From Squalus acanthias (taxonomy: Eukaryota): a stretch of DNA of 64,000 bases. Every line of letters starts with the position of its first letter. Positions within the stretch are counted from its first letter, which is position 1. Both the position numbers and the translations under genes were made by a program. The notes beneath the pieces are model-generated. The model saw only the letters and a list, made by a program, of their open reading frames with translations. It had not been told where the DNA came from and made no database searches. Below, one piece after another: positions 61,016 through 64,000 of this stretch. The stretch spans positions 310,001-374,000 of the forward strand of contig JASTWF010000369.1 in the NCBI GenBank assembly GCA_030390025.1, given 5' to 3'.

Positions 61016-63439
61016 CTTTTTTTTGTTATAAATTTAATCCTGGGGCAAGACAAAAGATTTTCTGCAAAGCCGCTGTGTAATACTTTTACAAACCAGAGGG
61101 CTACATTCTTTCCTCGCCTTACCTCTCCGTTTTCTCCTCGACATATAGATAAAACTATAACGATAGCCAGCGACACCAGTACACACACGACAATCAGCCC
61201 CACATGCTTGTCTTTCTCTACTTGTCCTTCTGAAAAATATTAGAAAGTGTTGTATAATTATATGTGCGGATTGACAGTTTTATATATAATCAGTGGAAAC
61301 CTATGGCCCTGCTCATGGTAAGTAGGATGATGCGCTGTTTTCTATGGACAGTATCCCCACACCATATAATGCACAATGTATTATTTCACTAAGGTGGAGC
61401 CAGGTTTCTTTAAAACCACAAAGTTCACTTTTTGTGAATAAACACAGGTTCTGGTCAACGAGAGGTGGTGTGGCTTTAAAGGTGGCGGGGGTTGGTGGGG
61501 GAAGAAGCAATGGCTGTGAAGAGTGAAGCAGGGATTCTAGACTGATCGGGGCTGGGCCAGCGATATGAATGTGCTGCTGGGAGGCCAGTGAAAAAGGGTT
61601 GTGGTCGTGGTGCCCAGCGAGGCAGGGAAAGCTAGCTGTCCCCTCCTCCACAACCCCCAATGGATCGCTGGGTGAGGGGAGCCAGGTAGGAAAGTGGCAG
61701 AGGCCTGTGTGTGCGGGCCTGGTGAAAGGGGCAATATGCGGGGTAAGTAATGGCAGTTGAATAGATGATGTCACTGTGCCAGCTCCCAAGGCTGGGGGAT
61801 CGAGCTTCTGACCGTCCCCACAGCTCCGTGCGATGGGGCTCAAGTTGCGAGGTGGCAGCTCATGAGATTTGTAAATAACCAAACGATATGCATAAAAGTT
61901 TACATTTAATTCAGATAGTTAAATATGTACCAACGTTTCCTTATCGATAGCAACATGGCTGCAGTCTCCAAAACCCAGACTGCTCCAACAGCAAATTCTA
62001 GGCGTATTTCGTGGGGTTCCCCACCAGCTGTCCCAACTATCATTCTTGCTGCAGATTCTTGCTTTCTGGGCAAAGCCCACCGCCCCCACCTTCCCTGCCT
62101 GCAGCTCCCAGTGCACTTCGGCCCATTCCCGCCTCAGGAGCCCAGCCTCAGACCCACCCTTGCCGCCGGGCCGCATTATTGTATCAACCTTCCCCACCCC
62201 CCGCCCCCGCCCCCCTACGGCAGTACATTTTAATGACCTTTCCTCACAACACTTCCCCACTCCTCCTCTAATATCTCAAAGTGACCCGTCCCCTCATTCC
62301 CCACCACAGCAAAGAGACAAGAGGAAGCAAAAACACACTGAAGCTGAGAGGGAAATAGCTCAGCACAGAGCAAAAGTTCAAGCTCAGAAACCGAGCAGCT
62401 CCATCACCACAGTGAAAGGGAACAACAATGGGAAAGCAGAACCAAAGAGTGAAGCAACAGCAATTCGGGCAAATAAAGAGTCTGATGTCTGAATTGGGTG
62501 GTGAATGTAGATTAATCCATTTTCAAACCCAGATAGACTGTGAACAGCGATTCATTTGTTATCTAACTCTGAGGCCGTGCGGTGTGTGTGGGTTGTGGGT
62601 ATGGAGTGGAGATAGACAGCAAGAAGCAATGGGAAAGATATAGAGAGAAAGCAAGTGTGTGAGAAGCACACAAGGAGGGGTGGGTGCAGATTATGGAAGA
62701 GTCAGAAGATAACAGATATTTACAAAACGAGCGAAAAAGAACGAGGAACAGTCACAGATAGCCTGAAGTACAGAGATAGCAAAAGTGTTGTCTGATGTAT
62801 TATGATATCGCGAGAAAGAGCAAGACAAAGAAAAGTGACGGACAAGAAAAGACAGTTATTGGGAGTGGAAGATTTCAGTTTTCCTGTTCTTGTCCATTAG
62901 CAACAGCACAGAAGACCCAATAGTAACCAATAAAAATCACCGGAAGACAGAATATCCGGTTCATTTGTAGAGGAATAGAATAGTAAAGCAGGGAGGTAAT
63001 GTGCAATTTGGTTCAGTCATTCATTTCATTGATCTCTTTCTACTCTCTATCTCTGTATGGGTGAGTGTTGCTATTATTGATGGATTGTTCAGTATTGCTG
63101 CTCATGTCCTTACCCCAGGAGACTGTCTTCCCACCCGGCAAGCTGCTGTGCTCAATATGACAGGAGTATTGTCATATTTCTATTGCATTTGTGTTAACAA
63201 TTCTCTTCATAAATTCCTATGTCCACCTTTATAAGGAAGCTGCCACCGTCGGCTGGTCATGCTGTAATTACACCTTCCCACCGGTGGTGGCACTGTCGGA
63301 CTTAACTTTGCATTTCCCAGAGAAACTGCTGTGCTCCAACCAATTCTACTTCTCTGCTTCCCAAATTGAATAAATGTTGGTATTTAAATATAAATCTAGC
63401 TATATTATATTATAAATGTTATGTACTACCTGTCCACAC

Positions 63440-64000
63440 AACCTACTGCGTATAATTTTGGTTCCCTTATTTAAGGAGGGATATACTTGCATTGGAGGCA
63501 GTTCAGAGAAGGTTCACTAGGTTGATTCCTGGGATGGAAGGATTGTCTTATGAGGAAAGGTTGAACAGGTTGGGACTGTACTCATTGGAGTTTAAAAGAA
63601 TGTCAGATGATCTTATTGAAACATATAAGATTCTGAGGGGGTTGGACAGGGTTGATGCTGAGAGGATATTTCCCCTCATCAGGTAATCTAGAACTCGGGG
63701 GCAAGGTCTCAGAATAAGGGGTCGCCCATTTAAGACGGAGATGAGGAGGAATTTCTTCTCTCAGAGGGTCGTGAATCTTTGGAATTCTTTACCCCAGAGA
63801 GCTGTGGATGTGGAGTCATTGAATATATTCAAGGCTGAGATAGACAGATTTTTTAGCAACAAGGGAGTGAAGGGTTATGGCGAGCGGGCAGGAAAGTGAA
63901 GTTGAGGCCAAAATCGGATCAGCCATAATCTCATTAAATGGCAGAGCAGGCTCGAGGGGCCGAATGGCCTGTTCCTGCTCCTATTTCTTATGTTCTTATG
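63440..64000 (+). mobile_element. CR1 3' fragment
   Basis: EAVQRRFTRLIPGM..YEERL.RLGLYSLEF; 3' UTR; tail TTCTTATGTTCTTATG at the window end. Confidence 0.93.

Overview
Repeat-dense eukaryotic DNA, most likely from a cartilaginous fish (shark). That assignment is inferred from the CR1/L2/RTE/Penelope/DeuSINE repertoire and the receptor family present. The host-gene content is a tandem array of three same-strand, two-exon class A GPCR paralogs of the GPR139/GPR142-like type. Each has a 70-nt first coding exon, a phase-1 intron after the TM1 Gly-x-Pro, and a homologous proximal promoter. Copy 3 (55311-58797) is intact at 319 aa. Copy 1 (19215-21415) has a single 1-bp frameshift before TM7. Copy 2 (31598-~40605) is a pseudogene hit by two related Harbinger-type MITEs. 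The surrounding DNA is nested transposon debris. It includes a young Penelope-like retroelement with an open RT+GIY-YIG ORF, a 13-bp TSD, an inverted 5' pLTR and three minimal hammerhead ribozyme motifs. It also holds a near full-length CR1, an RTE fragment, a Harbinger transposase relic, a spliced Myb/SANT-only Harbinger element with a Klf+octamer promoter, hairpin MITEs, a 2.4-kb C-rich minisatellite and a (TCTA)n tract. Repeat boundaries were read by eye and are approximate unless exact motifs are quoted.
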